DNA of 7,590 bases from a virus (lineage: Duplodnaviria; Heunggongvirae; Uroviricota; Caudoviricetes), in IMG/VR virus record IMGVR_UViG_2734482594_000001. One strand, written 5' to 3'. The notes under the pieces are model-generated. The model was given only the letters and a program-made list of their open reading frames with translations. It had not been told where the DNA came from and did no database searches. The stretch's first letter is position 1. Every line of letters begins with the position of its first letter. Shown here piece by piece: positions 7,184-7,590 of the stretch. The position numbers and the translations under genes were made by a program.

Positions 7184-7590
7184 GTTTTGCCCTGAAACTG
7201 GCGCGTGAGATGGGGCGACCCGACTGGCGCGCCATGCTTGCCGGGATGTCATCCACGGAGTATGCCGACTGGCACCGCTTTTACAGTACCCATTATTTTC
7301 ATGATGTTCTGCTGGATATGCACTTTTCCGGGCTGACGTACACCGTGCTCAGCCTGTTTTTCAGCGATCCGGAGATGCATCCGCTGGATTTCAGTCTGCT
7401 GAACCGGCGCGAGGCTGACGAAGAGCCTGAAGATGATGTGCTGATGCAGAAAGCGGCAGGGCTTGCCGGAGGTGTCCGCTTTGGCCCGGACGGGAATGAA
7501 GTTATCCCCGCTTCCCCGGATGTGGCGGACATGACGGAGGATGACGTAATGCTGATGACAGTATCAGAAGGGATCGCAGGAGGAGTCCGG
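6761..7590 (+). CDS. GT: G-T fusion tail assembly chaperone produced by programmed -1 frameshift; T-domain runs off the 3' window edge (partial)
   Basis: The G frame reaches G GGA AAG at 7159-7165. Re-reading from 7165 in the -1 frame gives 142 sense codons to the window end with no stop and no start codon or RBS of its own (VFDGELSFALKLAREMGRPDWRAMLAGMSSTEYADWHRFYSTHYFHDVLLDMHFSGLTYTVLSLFFSDPEMHPLDFSLLNRREADEEPEDDVLMQKAAGLAGGVRFGPDGNEVIPASPDVADMTEDDVMLMTVSEGIAGGVR), which matches the recalled lambda gpGT T-domain. Confidence 0.85.
7159..7165 (+). promoter_or_regulatory. -1 programmed ribosomal frameshift slippery heptamer GGGAAAG (X XXY YYZ) for G to G-T
   Basis: Seen in sequence: in G frame G GGA AAG, located 6 codons before the G stop. 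The lambda G/GT frameshift at this heptamer is established knowledge. Confidence 0.85.
7577..7585 (+). promoter_or_regulatory. probable Shine-Dalgarno (CAGGAGGAG) for the next gene downstream (tape-measure gene H expected), start codon just beyond the window
   Basis: Seen in sequence: strong SD motif 5 nt from the window end, embedded in the T reading frame. In lambda, H begins a few nt before the T stop (recalled). The start codon itself is not visible here. Confidence 0.4.

Noticed and set aside
848-7532. Ten minus-strand ORFs of 62-183 aa from the six-frame track (e.g. 1736..2227, 2504..2938, 3390..3941, 6325..6735, 6881..7252, 7299..7532)
   Set aside because: All lie entirely antisense to confidently identified lambda-type structural genes. 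They have no convincing RBS and their translations are Arg/Pro/Cys-rich, typical of antisense readings of GC-rich coding DNA. They are most likely chance ORFs.
1-7590. A novel defence, toxin or moron system hidden in this window
   Set aside because: Every sizeable ORF on the coding strand is accounted for by a recognisable lambda-type morphogenetic gene in canonical order with spacers of 55 nt or less. Nothing in the visible sequence supports an additional system; only the two N-gaps could conceal something, and that cannot be assessed.

Overview
This window reads as a contiguous, single-strand (+) block of the phage-lambda-type late morphogenetic operon, in canonical order: the 3' ~1.57 kb of portal gene B, protease/scaffold gene C with nested in-frame Nu3, decoration gene D, major capsid gene E, FI, FII, Z, U, major tail gene V, G, and the -1 frameshifted G-T extension running off the 3' end. 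Protein identities are from my own recognition of the translations as lambda proteins, not from any database search; any lambda coordinates or lengths cited are recalled from memory. Two runs of N (4586-4666 and 5991-6091) interrupt FI/FII and V and hide real sequence. Genes are tightly packed (overlaps or spacers of 55 nt or less), leaving no room for an inserted accessory gene. I see no tRNA, rRNA, CRISPR array, IS element or integrase. I do not find a credible previously undescribed system here: this is ordinary, well-characterised lambdoid structural DNA. The points worth a second look are the G-T recoding site, the nested and overlapping starts, two intergenic RNA hairpins flanking the major capsid gene, and the two N-gaps, whose lengths do not fit a lambda-like sequence.
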